Positions 27,259 through 35,690 of a DNA stretch of 64,000 nt are shown here, one piece after another. The notes beneath the pieces were generated by a model. The model worked only from the letters and a program-made list of their open reading frames with translations, searched no databases and was not told the origin of the DNA. Source of the DNA: an uncultured Halobacteriales archaeon (GTDB lineage Archaea > Thermoplasmatota > E2 > JACPAO01 > JAHFTW01); the NCBI GenBank assembly GCA_964643795.1, contig CAZXUC010000004.1:38526-102525 (forward strand), read 5' to 3'. The translations under genes and the position numbers were made by a program. Position 1 is the stretch's first letter, and each line of letters starts with the position of its first letter.

Positions 27259-28224
27259 TTGACGGTGCCGCCCCGAAGCTATTCACTTGGCAGCACCGGC
27301 CTGAGAACACCACTGGTTGTGCCGTCGTTCTCCAGCAAGGACCCACTCGCTTCGCGTCGACTCAAGACCCTTGGCCACCTTCTGACCGCGCGCCTGCTGG
27401 TGTCCGCCCTCGACCTGAGCCGGCGCCACATTGCATACGAGGACCTTAGCGGGAAAAAAGTGGTGTTTGTTGACAGCGGCGGCTACGAAGCGATGGTCCA
27501 TTCCCGGTGGGCCAAGGCACTCAACGTTCCATGGCAGCCATGGACCGCAGCGGAGCAGGAACGAACGCTAACCATGCTTCCGATGGGGCCCGCCTATGTC
27601 GTGACGAGTCTCGACGAGCCATCCCCGCCCTCACCGGCGGTCCAGGTCGACAAGGCACGGGCCTTTCTTGCGCGCCACTCGGGATTCGATGTTGAATTCC
27701 TGATGAAGCCGGCCGCTGGCCTTCGAGAAATCACCGATCAGGACATTGAGGTCGTGTCATCTCAATTGGACGGTTTCATGACGCTGGGAATCACGGAGGA
27801 GGATCTTGGCCCGTCCCTGGAGGCCCGAGTACGTCGCGTTGCGGAGGTACGGCGCAGCCTCACTCGCCTAGGAGTTGACATCCCCCTCCACATCTTTGGA
27901 TGCTTGAATCCAACCATGGTTTGCCTCTATACCGCGGCTGGAGCCGACGTGTTCGATGGCCTGGGATGGACACAACATGCATTCGATTTCGGGGCCGCAA
28001 TCCACCTTGACGATTTCACAATCACCTACAAGGACTGGCCAGCAAGCGAGGGCCGGATGCATCGCGACGTCGATGCGATGAACCTGAGAGTGCTCGACGC
28101 GCTCCAATCGGCATTGCAGGCGGCCGAAGGACGTGTCGACCAGGAGGCCCTGGCCAAAGCGGGTTTGCACCGGCTTCCCTTCCACGCGATGACTGAACTG
28201 CTGCAACGTGTGGGGGTTCTCTGA
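27259..28224 (+). CDS. TGT-like (tRNA-guanine transglycosylase/DpdA-like) CBASS type IV accessory protein
   Basis: TIM-barrel TGT signatures ...VFVDSGGYEA..., PLHIFGCLNP and GADVFDGLGW. TTG start; its stop shares one nt with the CD-NTase ATG (TGATG). Confidence 0.65.
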   Translation: MTVPPRSYSLGSTGLRTPLVVPSFSSKDPLASRRLKTLGHLLTARLLVSALDLSRRHIAYEDLSGKKVVFVDSGGYEAMVHSRWAKALNVPWQPWTAAEQERTLTMLPMGPAYVVTSLDEPSPPSPAVQVDKARAFLARHSGFDVEFLMKPAAGLREITDQDIEVVSSQLDGFMTLGITEEDLGPSLEARVRRVAEVRRSLTRLGVDIPLHIFGCLNPTMVCLYTAAGADVFDGLGWTQHAFDFGAAIHLDDFTITYKDWPASEGRMHRDVDAMNLRVLDALQSALQAAEGRVDQEALAKAGLHRLPFHAMTELLQRVGVL

Positions 28225-29153
28225 TGGGGGGAAGTGGTGGCGGTGGCGCCTATGGCGGTGGTGGAGGGGGCAGGAATACCAATGCCGCGGCACGGGCGCG
28301 CACTGTAACCAACGTTGAAGAGGCTCGAATCAAGGAAGAGCAGGCGCTGCAGGAATCTTTGCATAGAACGCGGAAGCCTAACGATGGCGAAGTTCGCGAG
28401 AATGTCCAGCGCGTGGTGGACGACCTGAATGAGAAGACAAAGCTCAACGCCACGGCCGTCCTTGGGGGAAGCGCTTCGAAAGGCACCTACGTCGAGGGTA
28501 TCAGCGACCACGATGCGGTCGTCAGAATTCCCACCGAGGCCGCGCGGGGGAAAGGCCCTCGTGAAATCTTGGCCCTGCTCGCGGAAAGGATTCGAGACAC
28601 CCACCCCGCAGCAACGGATGTCCGAATTGGGCGCATGGCGGTCACCGTCGTAGAGAACGGCCGCGAAACGCAGTACGTTCCAGCAGTCCGGGACGGTCGT
28701 TACATGAGGTTTCCAGTTCCAGGCGAAGACCGCTGGGGTAATGCATGCCAGCCGAGGAAGTTCGTTGACAAGCTCAACCGGGCGAATGCGCGTCTAGAGG
28801 GCGCAGTCAAGGAAGCAATCCGAGCATTCCGACTGGTCCAGGACAAGCACTTGCCGAAGGACCAACACCTTGACGGCTATCATGTCGAGTCGGTTGCCCT
28901 TCTGGCCTTTCGCAACTACGAGAAAGGAAAGCCGCGCACCAAAATGGTAGAAGACATGGTGCGTGCGGCCGCAGGAATCCTGCGAAAGCCAGTCCGAGAT
29001 GGCACAGGCCAAAGTCTTCACGTGGATGACAAGTGGGGAGCCGCAAACAGCCCGGAACGCCAGGCCACCAGCCACGCCCTCAAGGGGCTAGCGGACCGCA
29101 TGAAGACCGATCGGGAAGAAGGAGGTACATTCTGGCGAGATCTGGAGAAGTAG
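28224..29153 (+). CDS. CD-NTase (cGAS/DncV-like nucleotidyltransferase) with Gly-rich N-terminal tail
   Basis: Pol-beta NTase motif GGSASKGTYVEGISDHDAVV (GS...DxD); N-terminus MGGSGGGGAYGGGGGGRN. Confidence 0.7.
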   Translation: MGGSGGGGAYGGGGGGRNTNAAARARTVTNVEEARIKEEQALQESLHRTRKPNDGEVRENVQRVVDDLNEKTKLNATAVLGGSASKGTYVEGISDHDAVVRIPTEAARGKGPREILALLAERIRDTHPAATDVRIGRMAVTVVENGRETQYVPAVRDGRYMRFPVPGEDRWGNACQPRKFVDKLNRANARLEGAVKEAIRAFRLVQDKHLPKDQHLDGYHVESVALLAFRNYEKGKPRTKMVEDMVRAAAGILRKPVRDGTGQSLHVDDKWGAANSPERQATSHALKGLADRMKTDREEGGTFWRDLEK

Positions 29154-29710
29154 CCGACGAACCATTCCTCGAACGCCTGTACAAGCGCACCAACCTGCAG
29201 GTGTCCGTCCGCTCGTTCTACGCACGGCGATTGGAATTGCAACAGAAGATAACGGATGTTCTTCTTCTTGCCACGGCCGTCCTCCTAGCCGTTGCGACCT
29301 TCATGGACCGCGACCTTCCCCCAAAGTACCTCAACTTGGATGCGGACGCATTCATGGTCCTCATGGGGATCCTTGGGATTGCAAACTTTGCAGTAGCCGT
29401 TCTATTGTTGTACCTGCGACCCGGTCCAAAGGGGGATTTGCAGCGAGCAGCGCGGCGATACTACACGGAAATCAACCGTGAAGTCAAGCGCGCCCTCGAC
29501 ACCACGCAAGCTGTCGACGAGGCCGACCTTGAACGGCGATTCTTGGCTGACACCATGTTCCCGGATGTCCCCGACAATTTGTTCCTGATTTACAAGGCGC
29601 GTCACATTCGCAAGATTAGCGTGAGCCGCCTTCTAGATCAGGGGCTCTCCCTGAAGGAAGCGATGCGCCGCGTAAGGCTACGAGAGAAGGGGGAGCCCCG
29701 CATCAACTAA
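29129..29710 (+). CDS. 2-TM effector, SLATT-like
   Basis: Two central TM helices (ITDVLLLATAVLLAVATFM; MVLMGILGIANFAVAVLLLYL) flanked by helical regions, directly after the CD-NTase. The start is unresolved. GGAGGT at 29121-29126 precedes ATT 29129 and CTG 29132. The first canonical start is GTG 29201, and ATG 29033 would overlap the CD-NTase by 120 nt. Confidence 0.5.
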   Translation: MLARSGEVADEPFLERLYKRTNLQVSVRSFYARRLELQQKITDVLLLATAVLLAVATFMDRDLPPKYLNLDADAFMVLMGILGIANFAVAVLLLYLRPGPKGDLQRAARRYYTEINREVKRALDTTQAVDEADLERRFLADTMFPDVPDNLFLIYKARHIRKISVSRLLDQGLSLKEAMRRVRLREKGEPRIN

Positions 29711-30241
29711 TGCAGCCGCGCGCTCCAGGCAGCTTCTGCAATTCCCGCAGTGCATCGGTCCGGGCTCCTCGCAACTGAATGTCTGCTCCAATGGAACGGC
29801 GAGGGCGCGTGCAATCTCCGCTACCTCCTGCTTTGACATCATGATGAACGGGCAATCCAGCCGGACCATTCCGCCGAATCGCTCGTCAAGCTGGCCTTGA
29901 ATTGCGTCGCGAAACTCTGGCTTGGTGTCCGCGTACTCGCATCCTGCATGAATGCCTAGTGAAATGAGTCCGGGTGGCACTATGTGCGGGACCACCGCCT
30001 CGATCAAGGCCGCGTTTCGGCCCGGAATTTCTCCCGAGGTCGGGGTCAAACCTCGGACTTCATGCGAATGGAGAGGCGTGCGAAATTGGGTAGCCAGCCC
30101 ATGTGCACAACCCCATTCGGATTCTGCGCTTGCTTGGCCGTAGTTGATCCAGTGCAGCGCCACGTCATGGCCAAGTGACCGATAGTGGTAGGCCAAGGTC
30201 GCGCTATCCATTCCCCCGCTCAGCAGGAGGTGGACCTTCAC
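29678..30241 (-). CDS. QueC-like PP-loop ATPase (CBASS type IV accessory)
   Basis: VHLLLSGGMDSAT (PP-loop), INYGQ, IPGRN and C-terminal CGNCRSCLER zinc motif. GTG 30241 overlaps the upstream stop (GTGA). Confidence 0.7.
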   Translation of the reverse strand: MKVHLLLSGGMDSATLAYHYRSLGHDVALHWINYGQASAESEWGCAHGLATQFRTPLHSHEVRGLTPTSGEIPGRNAALIEAVVPHIVPPGLISLGIHAGCEYADTKPEFRDAIQGQLDERFGGMVRLDCPFIMMSKQEVAEIARALAVPLEQTFSCEEPGPMHCGNCRSCLERAAALVDAGLPLLS

Positions 30242-30687
30242 GTTTCGTCCTCGCCAAGGTTTTGGATTGCCCAACCAATTCCCTTCCAAATCTGGCGTTG
30301 CTTGCGCCATTCGGATTCACGCCGGCGATGCTCAAGTTTCTCAGCCTCCAGTGCGAGGCGACGGGCTTCGCTTGATCCCGTTTGTTGAAGGGTGTTGACG
30401 CGGTCCCGTAGGGCAACCAGGTCGCTTTCAATGCTGCGGGCGATGCGTGCGTTTGAGTTGGCCATTGCCTCGAACGCCCGGCTTTGGCGGGTTTGGTGAT
30501 AGACCGCGTAAGCCGCAATGGCGAGGGAAGCAACGCCCGTGCTTGCACCAAGAACCGCCGTCAAGACCAGGATGTCCACATCATCAGGAGGAACGGGCGC
30601 ACGCATTAGGGTTCCGAGAAATTCTCGCGGGCCGGATGTCGAAAAATGACAGTTGATCCTGCCCAAGAGTACACGATTATTGGCCAC
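30238..30687 (-). CDS. Single-pass membrane / coiled-coil protein, translationally coupled to the QueC-like gene
   Basis: TM helix ILVLTAVLGASTGVASLAIAAYAVY followed by a coiled coil (...LRDRVNTLQQ...LALEAEKLEHRRRESEW...). Confidence 0.4.
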   Translation of the reverse strand: MANNRVLLGRINCHFSTSGPREFLGTLMRAPVPPDDVDILVLTAVLGASTGVASLAIAAYAVYHQTRQSRAFEAMANSNARIARSIESDLVALRDRVNTLQQTGSSEARRLALEAEKLEHRRRESEWRKQRQIWKGIGWAIQNLGEDET

Positions 30688-30800
30688 TAGCCTACCGGGT
30701 CAGATTGCAGGCGCGTCGTCGGCCAGCATGCAGCCGCGGGCCATGGTGAATCGTCGTCCTAGACCCAAACCGCCTTACGATTGGCTTGTAGTGCACGGCC

Positions 30801-31577
30801 ATGGAACCGCCTAAGCCACCAAATTTGGAGTTCGCGGCCTCCCTGGACGGCACGCTTCTACCCATCTGGTTTGTTGACCTCGAAGATCGAATTCGGGGGC
30901 GCAAACTTGCGAACGCCGTTGGCTTCACCGTATCGCAAAAAGCCATTCGCGAGGCTGAATCAACGATGCCAGAAGAGGGCAGGCCATTCATGAAGGACGT
31001 TGGCCTCACATTGGCGCAATTCGCGGTCGCTGGTCTTTGGACTGGACTCGAAACTTCGATTTTCGAGCTCATGCTTGCAATGCTAACCGCCAAGGAGAAA
31101 CTGGAAGGAAAAAATCCTGTTCCGCGTACGGTCGAAGCGAAAATGAAGGGCCAAATGGCAAGTGCCCCGAAAAGAACCACCACCTTCATGCGGCTGATTA
31201 GGATGATGGGGGCGAATGGCATCTCGTGCCCGTTGAGTCGACAACAACAGTTCGAGTTGGAACGATTGAACGCCATCCGCAACCTGGTTTTCCATAAATC
31301 CGGCATTGTGGACGAAAAATTCGCCCAGACCGTGCGCCAGCCGGAGCTACCACGCGGGTCCAACCTCGTGATTACTGATGTCCAATACCATCACTTTTTC
31401 GGGGTTGTAGGAGACTTCATCACGGCCGCCGTTACGTCGGTGGGGAATCATGAGGTCATCAAACGCGCCGCCCGGGAATTCTATGGCGCAGCCCCTTACG
31501 ACCGACTTGCTTTGGAGGCTTATGCCAGGAAACTTGCGAACGAAATGAAGGCTCGAAATCGCCCAGAAACGCCCTGA
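30801..31577 (+). CDS. HEPN-like (Rx4H) domain protein, putative RNase/abortive-infection effector
   Basis: ELERLNAIRNLVFHKSG contains an R-x4-H motif in a helical context (RiboL-PSP/Abi-type HEPN pattern). The opposite-strand ORF 30692-31363 is Ser/Arg-rich shadow. Confidence 0.35.
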   Translation: MEPPKPPNLEFAASLDGTLLPIWFVDLEDRIRGRKLANAVGFTVSQKAIREAESTMPEEGRPFMKDVGLTLAQFAVAGLWTGLETSIFELMLAMLTAKEKLEGKNPVPRTVEAKMKGQMASAPKRTTTFMRLIRMMGANGISCPLSRQQQFELERLNAIRNLVFHKSGIVDEKFAQTVRQPELPRGSNLVITDVQYHHFFGVVGDFITAAVTSVGNHEVIKRAAREFYGAAPYDRLALEAYARKLANEMKARNRPETP

Positions 31578-31976
31578 ACCCGCCTAGTCCTGTGTCTGCG
31601 TAGCAGTCCGGGGTACGGCATTCCTCTAGTCCGTGCCACATCCTTCCTGGTTTCTTGTCCCCAACATGGACCGGATCGGCCCTCGTAGAACCGAACGTTG
31701 TAGCCGCGTTGGGGCCGTTTGCCCTCACACTTACTACAAGGTTCGCTGAAAACCGCACACAACACCGATGACGTTGTAGGCGGTTCGGCCGCGGTGTGCG
31801 GTCCAACACGAGCCGCAACGCTCCGAGTGCGTCGCGACGGGTCTTGGACCCTGGTCCGGCACCGGTAGACCCTGTACGGCATCACCCCCTCCCAGGATGT
31901 TCGGTGGGGGTTGCTTTTTTGCCAATCCTGCCACGAGGCCAAGACCGGTCGACGGCTCCAAGCGCAACTGATGGGG

Positions 31977-34283
31977 CTAGCCACCCAAGTCGTCAAAGAC
32001 GCTCCGCTCGGAGACACTGTGCCCGCCTCCGGCATAGGATTTTTCGCCGTTCCGCGCTTTCATTTCCTTTCGGTAGTCGTCGGCAGCAGCGTCAAGGGCG
32101 GTCCATTCTTCGGCACCGAGGTCATTCATTTTTTCTCGGCCCGCATCTAGCCGTTTGGAAACAAAGGCATCGCCGGGGAACCAGTCTTCGATTCCTTGCA
32201 GCAGCTCCGTATAGGTACTGAACGCTTCCTCGGGGGATTTACGATCCCGTGGAGCATTCGACCATTCATCGGCAGCAATGTCTTCCAGTCGGGGCAAGAC
32301 GTCTTCGTATAGCGCCTTCGAAAGCCGTGCTTCGTCCTCTTCATTCATGATGGCGCGGATTGTCTTTTCAGTAAAAACGGACGGGTCCGCGGCGTCGAGG
32401 AGTGCCTGGAAGACTTGGTCGATGATGGACTGCCGGTGGTCCGGCCTCATCCGGCCGAGGTGAACTAGCCTGCAATAGAATGGCAATCGTTCGTCCGTGT
32501 TGAGGTAGAGATTGAACTCGGGCGGGTTTTCAAGGGAAGGACGTTTGGAAAGTACCTTCTCGATGAATGCTGGGCTTGCCTTGTGTGTAAGGAAGTTCCA
32601 ACAGGAGCGGCGGTCCCCTGGCCTGGTTAGGCCGGCTAGCAGCCGTTCCGCGAGAAGACCGTGCATTGCTGGAGGTACTAGGATGCCATGCCCGCCCTTC
32701 TCGAGCTGTACTTCGCGGAACAAACGGTCCGCGGGCGCACCCCGTACGTAGGACTCGAGCAATTCAGGACGGTCTGAAACCTGACTAGCTAGAGCATCGA
32801 GCATGGTTGGGTGCTTCGGACCCCAGGCCGTTCCATTTTCCGTTTGCCGGAGTTCAACGATGCTTCCTTGCAGGTTCTTCAGGGCAGCGAGCCCGCCCGC
32901 CAAGGTTCCACCCATCACTTGCAAGAGTCGTTCCTGGTCCCTTGTTGGTTGGAATGGACTTGGAATAGTCCCCCCTTCAGCGAGCAGAAGGCCGAGAACC
33001 GCCTGCGATTCAGCGTCAAGGTTCTCGATGACTTCGCGAAGATAGCGCTCAGGCTTTTCGAAGAACGCTAGGATTCCCTGCCGGGTCAATTCCACGCCTC
33101 GCGTGAATGATGCATCTCCAAGGCGCCTGGCGGACTCCGGAAGGAAGCGGGGGGATCGGGCAGCCTCAGGCAGGAATGGTTTAAGTTTCTCCAAAAAGGC
33201 TGCGGATTGGTTCCCCAGGCGCAGATGGTTGTACAGAATCTGCTCCTTCTCTTCGACGCTGAGTTCGGTTACTGAAACGACTACTTCGTTCTCTCCAAGC
33301 AGCGGGAAAGCCGATAGCTTGAGCGTTGACCTAGCCGCTCTGTAAATGTAGTCGCGAGAGGTCATCACAAACTTGGCCCCCTGCTTGACGGCCGCTTGAA
33401 CGACCGGAGCTAGCGAGTTCCAATCGTGGGTCCGCGAAGGGTCATGTTGCGTTGCTCCGAACGCATCGTCAATCCAGAAAAACTGGCGCGAATCGTTAGG
33501 GTTCCAATTGGTGCGAATATCCGCGGGGGAGGTCACGAACACGACGCTGCTGCGCCAATTGTCAAGGGCAGCCAATCCGAGCACAGACGCAACGGTCGTC
33601 TTTCCCGCGGCAGGCTCGCCAAGAAGCAAGACGAAGCCATGCTTTTCCAGGGCGGAAGCGGCGCGGCCATAGGCCTCCGTTCGAACGAAGGTTGGCGCCC
33701 GTTCTCGGAACATCGCCAGAACCTGCCGGGCCTGCGCGAAGGCGCGCTCATCCAGGATCTGGCCTAGGTCGCCGAGCCCATACAGCCGTGGGACTAGCAT
33801 GCGAAGCCTCGGGCTTTCAAGAATGGTTTGTTCGAGCCATTCGCGCCCGAAGATATTCGAAGTTGCCACACCGACATTTTCCAAGGCCTTGGCCGTTGCG
33901 TCGCGTTCAGCTGCCGAAAGTGGCATGCTGGTTACCAGCACGTAGGAGCGGATGCGACCTGCGGCAACGAGGCGCTCAATTTTTGGCAATTCGTCGTCCA
34001 ACATGGCGGCCGTCCACTTCTGCGCGGCCTTAGCGGAGTGCTTGGCTTGGATGGCAACTGGTCCAGGCAAATCGGGGAGTTTGCTTGGTGTCGGTCCCAC
34101 AAAGAGCCCGTCTAAGCCTTCGTCAGCTGTTTCGCGAAACTGCTCAAGGGCCGCCCCGAAAACCTCGCGGCCGCAAGTGTGCACCAACCGTTGGAAATCC
34201 TTCCAGCCGAGCGTGTGGAGCTGGAACGACACGTTTGCAGTGGCGGCCGCGACGGCAGGCAAGGCAAGGGCGGGACGATTCAC
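31977..34283 (-). CDS. STAND-type P-loop NTPase with N-terminal Mrr/REase-like nuclease domain (Avs-like)
   Basis: N-terminus WKDFQRLV...DEGLDGLF...VAIQAKH (Mrr_cat-like). LLLGEPAAGKTT (Walker A), FFWIDDAFG (Walker B), MTSRDYIY, EEKEQILYNHL, then a helical C-terminal region. Confidence 0.6.
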   Translation of the reverse strand: MNRPALALPAVAAATANVSFQLHTLGWKDFQRLVHTCGREVFGAALEQFRETADEGLDGLFVGPTPSKLPDLPGPVAIQAKHSAKAAQKWTAAMLDDELPKIERLVAAGRIRSYVLVTSMPLSAAERDATAKALENVGVATSNIFGREWLEQTILESPRLRMLVPRLYGLGDLGQILDERAFAQARQVLAMFRERAPTFVRTEAYGRAASALEKHGFVLLLGEPAAGKTTVASVLGLAALDNWRSSVVFVTSPADIRTNWNPNDSRQFFWIDDAFGATQHDPSRTHDWNSLAPVVQAAVKQGAKFVMTSRDYIYRAARSTLKLSAFPLLGENEVVVSVTELSVEEKEQILYNHLRLGNQSAAFLEKLKPFLPEAARSPRFLPESARRLGDASFTRGVELTRQGILAFFEKPERYLREVIENLDAESQAVLGLLLAEGGTIPSPFQPTRDQERLLQVMGGTLAGGLAALKNLQGSIVELRQTENGTAWGPKHPTMLDALASQVSDRPELLESYVRGAPADRLFREVQLEKGGHGILVPPAMHGLLAERLLAGLTRPGDRRSCWNFLTHKASPAFIEKVLSKRPSLENPPEFNLYLNTDERLPFYCRLVHLGRMRPDHRQSIIDQVFQALLDAADPSVFTEKTIRAIMNEEDEARLSKALYEDVLPRLEDIAADEWSNAPRDRKSPEEAFSTYTELLQGIEDWFPGDAFVSKRLDAGREKMNDLGAEEWTALDAAADDYRKEMKARNGEKSYAGGGHSVSERSVFDDLGG

Positions 34284-34399
34284 CCGGATATAGGTGCCCG
34301 TGGAAACCCCGTGATGGCCTTCAGGACCGTTTTCGAGCCGGTTGGAGCGTCGCCAAAGTCGGCGGCAACCGCTTATCTAAATGGACTGGTGGCCACCCC

Positions 34400-35224
34400 A
34401 TGGCCGAAGGCCTGCCGACTCGCGAACAATGGCGGGCGTTCGAGCGACGCGTTGCGACGCGGCTGGTGGAGGCCGGCGGAGAGGTACTACGAGAACCGTC
34501 AGTCGGTGGTGCGCGCCTCGATTTGGTGGCCCAATTTGCTCATGGTGAGGGGCGTGAGCCGTTGCGCATTGGAGTCGAGGTGCACTATTATCGGCGACAG
34601 GCGGGCCGCAACACGGTGCAACCGTTCTTGGCCCTCATGGAGTCCCTGATTTCTCGCGGCCACCTAGATGGGGCGCTTCTCGTGGTGAATTCGGGCTTCG
34701 TCCCGTCAAGCTTCCAGGAGTTCGACCGCCCCGGCATCGGATCAACGACCTTGGAGAAAATGCAAGAAACGGTCTCCACGATTCTGTCGTATCTGCGGGG
34801 ACGTCCAGGATCCGTATCAAGTGACCACCTGCCTCGCCACCGAATCGAACGTATCGACCCGAGTAAGCAGTTGTTCGTGATGATGCCCTTTCATCGGAAG
34901 TACCTGGATACCTTTGTGAGCGGAATTGTTCCCGCAGCGGATGACGCTGGCCTGACGGCGTTTCGTGCCGATCAGATCGTGCACAACCGGGACATCATGC
35001 AAGTTGTCCGGGAAAGCATTGTGACCTCCCATCGTCAGCTCGCGGTGACCACAGACGCGAACGCTAATGTGCTCTACGAGCTGGGATTCGCTCATGCCCT
35101 CCGAAAGGAACCCATTCTGGCGGCGAACAACACCGTGAAGCTTCCCTTTGACATCGCGAACATGAACCATATTCTGTATTCGTCGCCAGTCTCGCTCCGT
35201 AACCAATTGCCTGCGTACCTTTGA
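34400..35224 (+). CDS. Fusion of REase-like (Mrr-type) domain and NDT/TIR-like Rossmannoid domain
   Basis: N-terminus ...ARLDLVAQF...LRIGVEVHYY...V. C-terminus LFVMMPFHRKYLDTF...AFRADQI...DANANVLYELGFAHAL, the nucleoside-2-deoxyribosyltransferase/TIR-like pattern. Start at MAEGLPT (34400). Confidence 0.45.
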   Translation: MAEGLPTREQWRAFERRVATRLVEAGGEVLREPSVGGARLDLVAQFAHGEGREPLRIGVEVHYYRRQAGRNTVQPFLALMESLISRGHLDGALLVVNSGFVPSSFQEFDRPGIGSTTLEKMQETVSTILSYLRGRPGSVSSDHLPRHRIERIDPSKQLFVMMPFHRKYLDTFVSGIVPAADDAGLTAFRADQIVHNRDIMQVVRESIVTSHRQLAVTTDANANVLYELGFAHALRKEPILAANNTVKLPFDIANMNHILYSSPVSLRNQLPAYL

Positions 35225-35510
35225 CCGCCGGTTTGGACGAATTCGGTGTACGGCATCAAGCCTAACTGGCGCCGCCTCTACCCTTTGTCCGCCCCCAAGG
35301 CCGTACGAACCACCGCTACATGGATCCCGCGTGGGTCCGTGTTTTAGGCAGAACGTATGCGATGGCGCCGGAACCCACTACAAGGTCGCATGCTGCGCAG
35401 GTACGGCTCAATGACTAAGTCACGGAATCCCTTGGCCCGGCTCGTCCGACAGGGTCAAGCCCTGCACCACACGGTTCGCCCTGGAGTATGTGAAAGACTG
35501 GCCCTGAAGT

Positions 35511-35584
35511 AGCGGGGAATCGATTTGAACGATTGATCTACGGGTTATGAGCCCGTCGGGATCTCCTGGCTACCCCACCCCGCT
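35511..35584 (-). tRNA. Initiator tRNA-Met (anticodon CAT)
   Basis: Minus strand: AGCGGGG-TG-GGGT-AGCCAGGAGA-TCCC-G-ACGGG-CTCATAA-CCCGT-AGATC-AATCG-TTCAAAT-CGATT-CCCCGCT, discriminator A. It has a 7-bp acceptor with A1:U72, G29-31:C39-41, A14, G18G19 and a T-loop. The sequence is close to known archaeal tRNAiMet. CCA is not encoded. Confidence 0.9.
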
Positions 35585-35690
35585 GGATGGTGCAGTCCCC
35601 GGCGAACCGGGTGCAAAGTCGGCCACACGGGTCCTTGATATGAAGGCGACGGTGCGGTAACTTCAAGGGCCAATGCTCGAATGAGTCGGC

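Larger units (their letters stand above)
4152..35510. mobile_element. Integrase-associated genomic (defence) island, ~31 kb, abutting the 3' end of tRNA-iMet
   Basis: Tyrosine recombinase at the left, initiator tRNA at the right. The content is almost exclusively defence genes plus decayed genes, and core genes resume beyond the tRNA. The left border is tentative. Confidence 0.55.

Noticed and set aside
29033-29128. ATG 29033 as the start of the 2-TM effector (the 225-aa ORF in the track).
   Set aside because: It would overlap the CD-NTase by 120 nt, and the overlapping part translates to a Pro/Gly/Arg-rich non-protein-like peptide. A start near the GGAGGT at 29121-29126, or GTG 29201, is more plausible.
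27259-30310. TGT-like + QueC-like read as a Dpd-type 7-deazaguanine DNA-modification/restriction system.
   Set aside because: A CD-NTase and a 2-TM effector sit between them. No DpdB/DpdC-like genes and no folE/queD/queE genes for preQ0 synthesis are present. The type IV CBASS architecture fits better.
30692-31363. Minus-strand 223-aa ORF opposite the HEPN-like gene.
   Set aside because: Its composition is Ser/Arg/Cys-rich with no motif. The plus-strand frame carries the Rx4H motif and has a sensible start after a divergent spacer.
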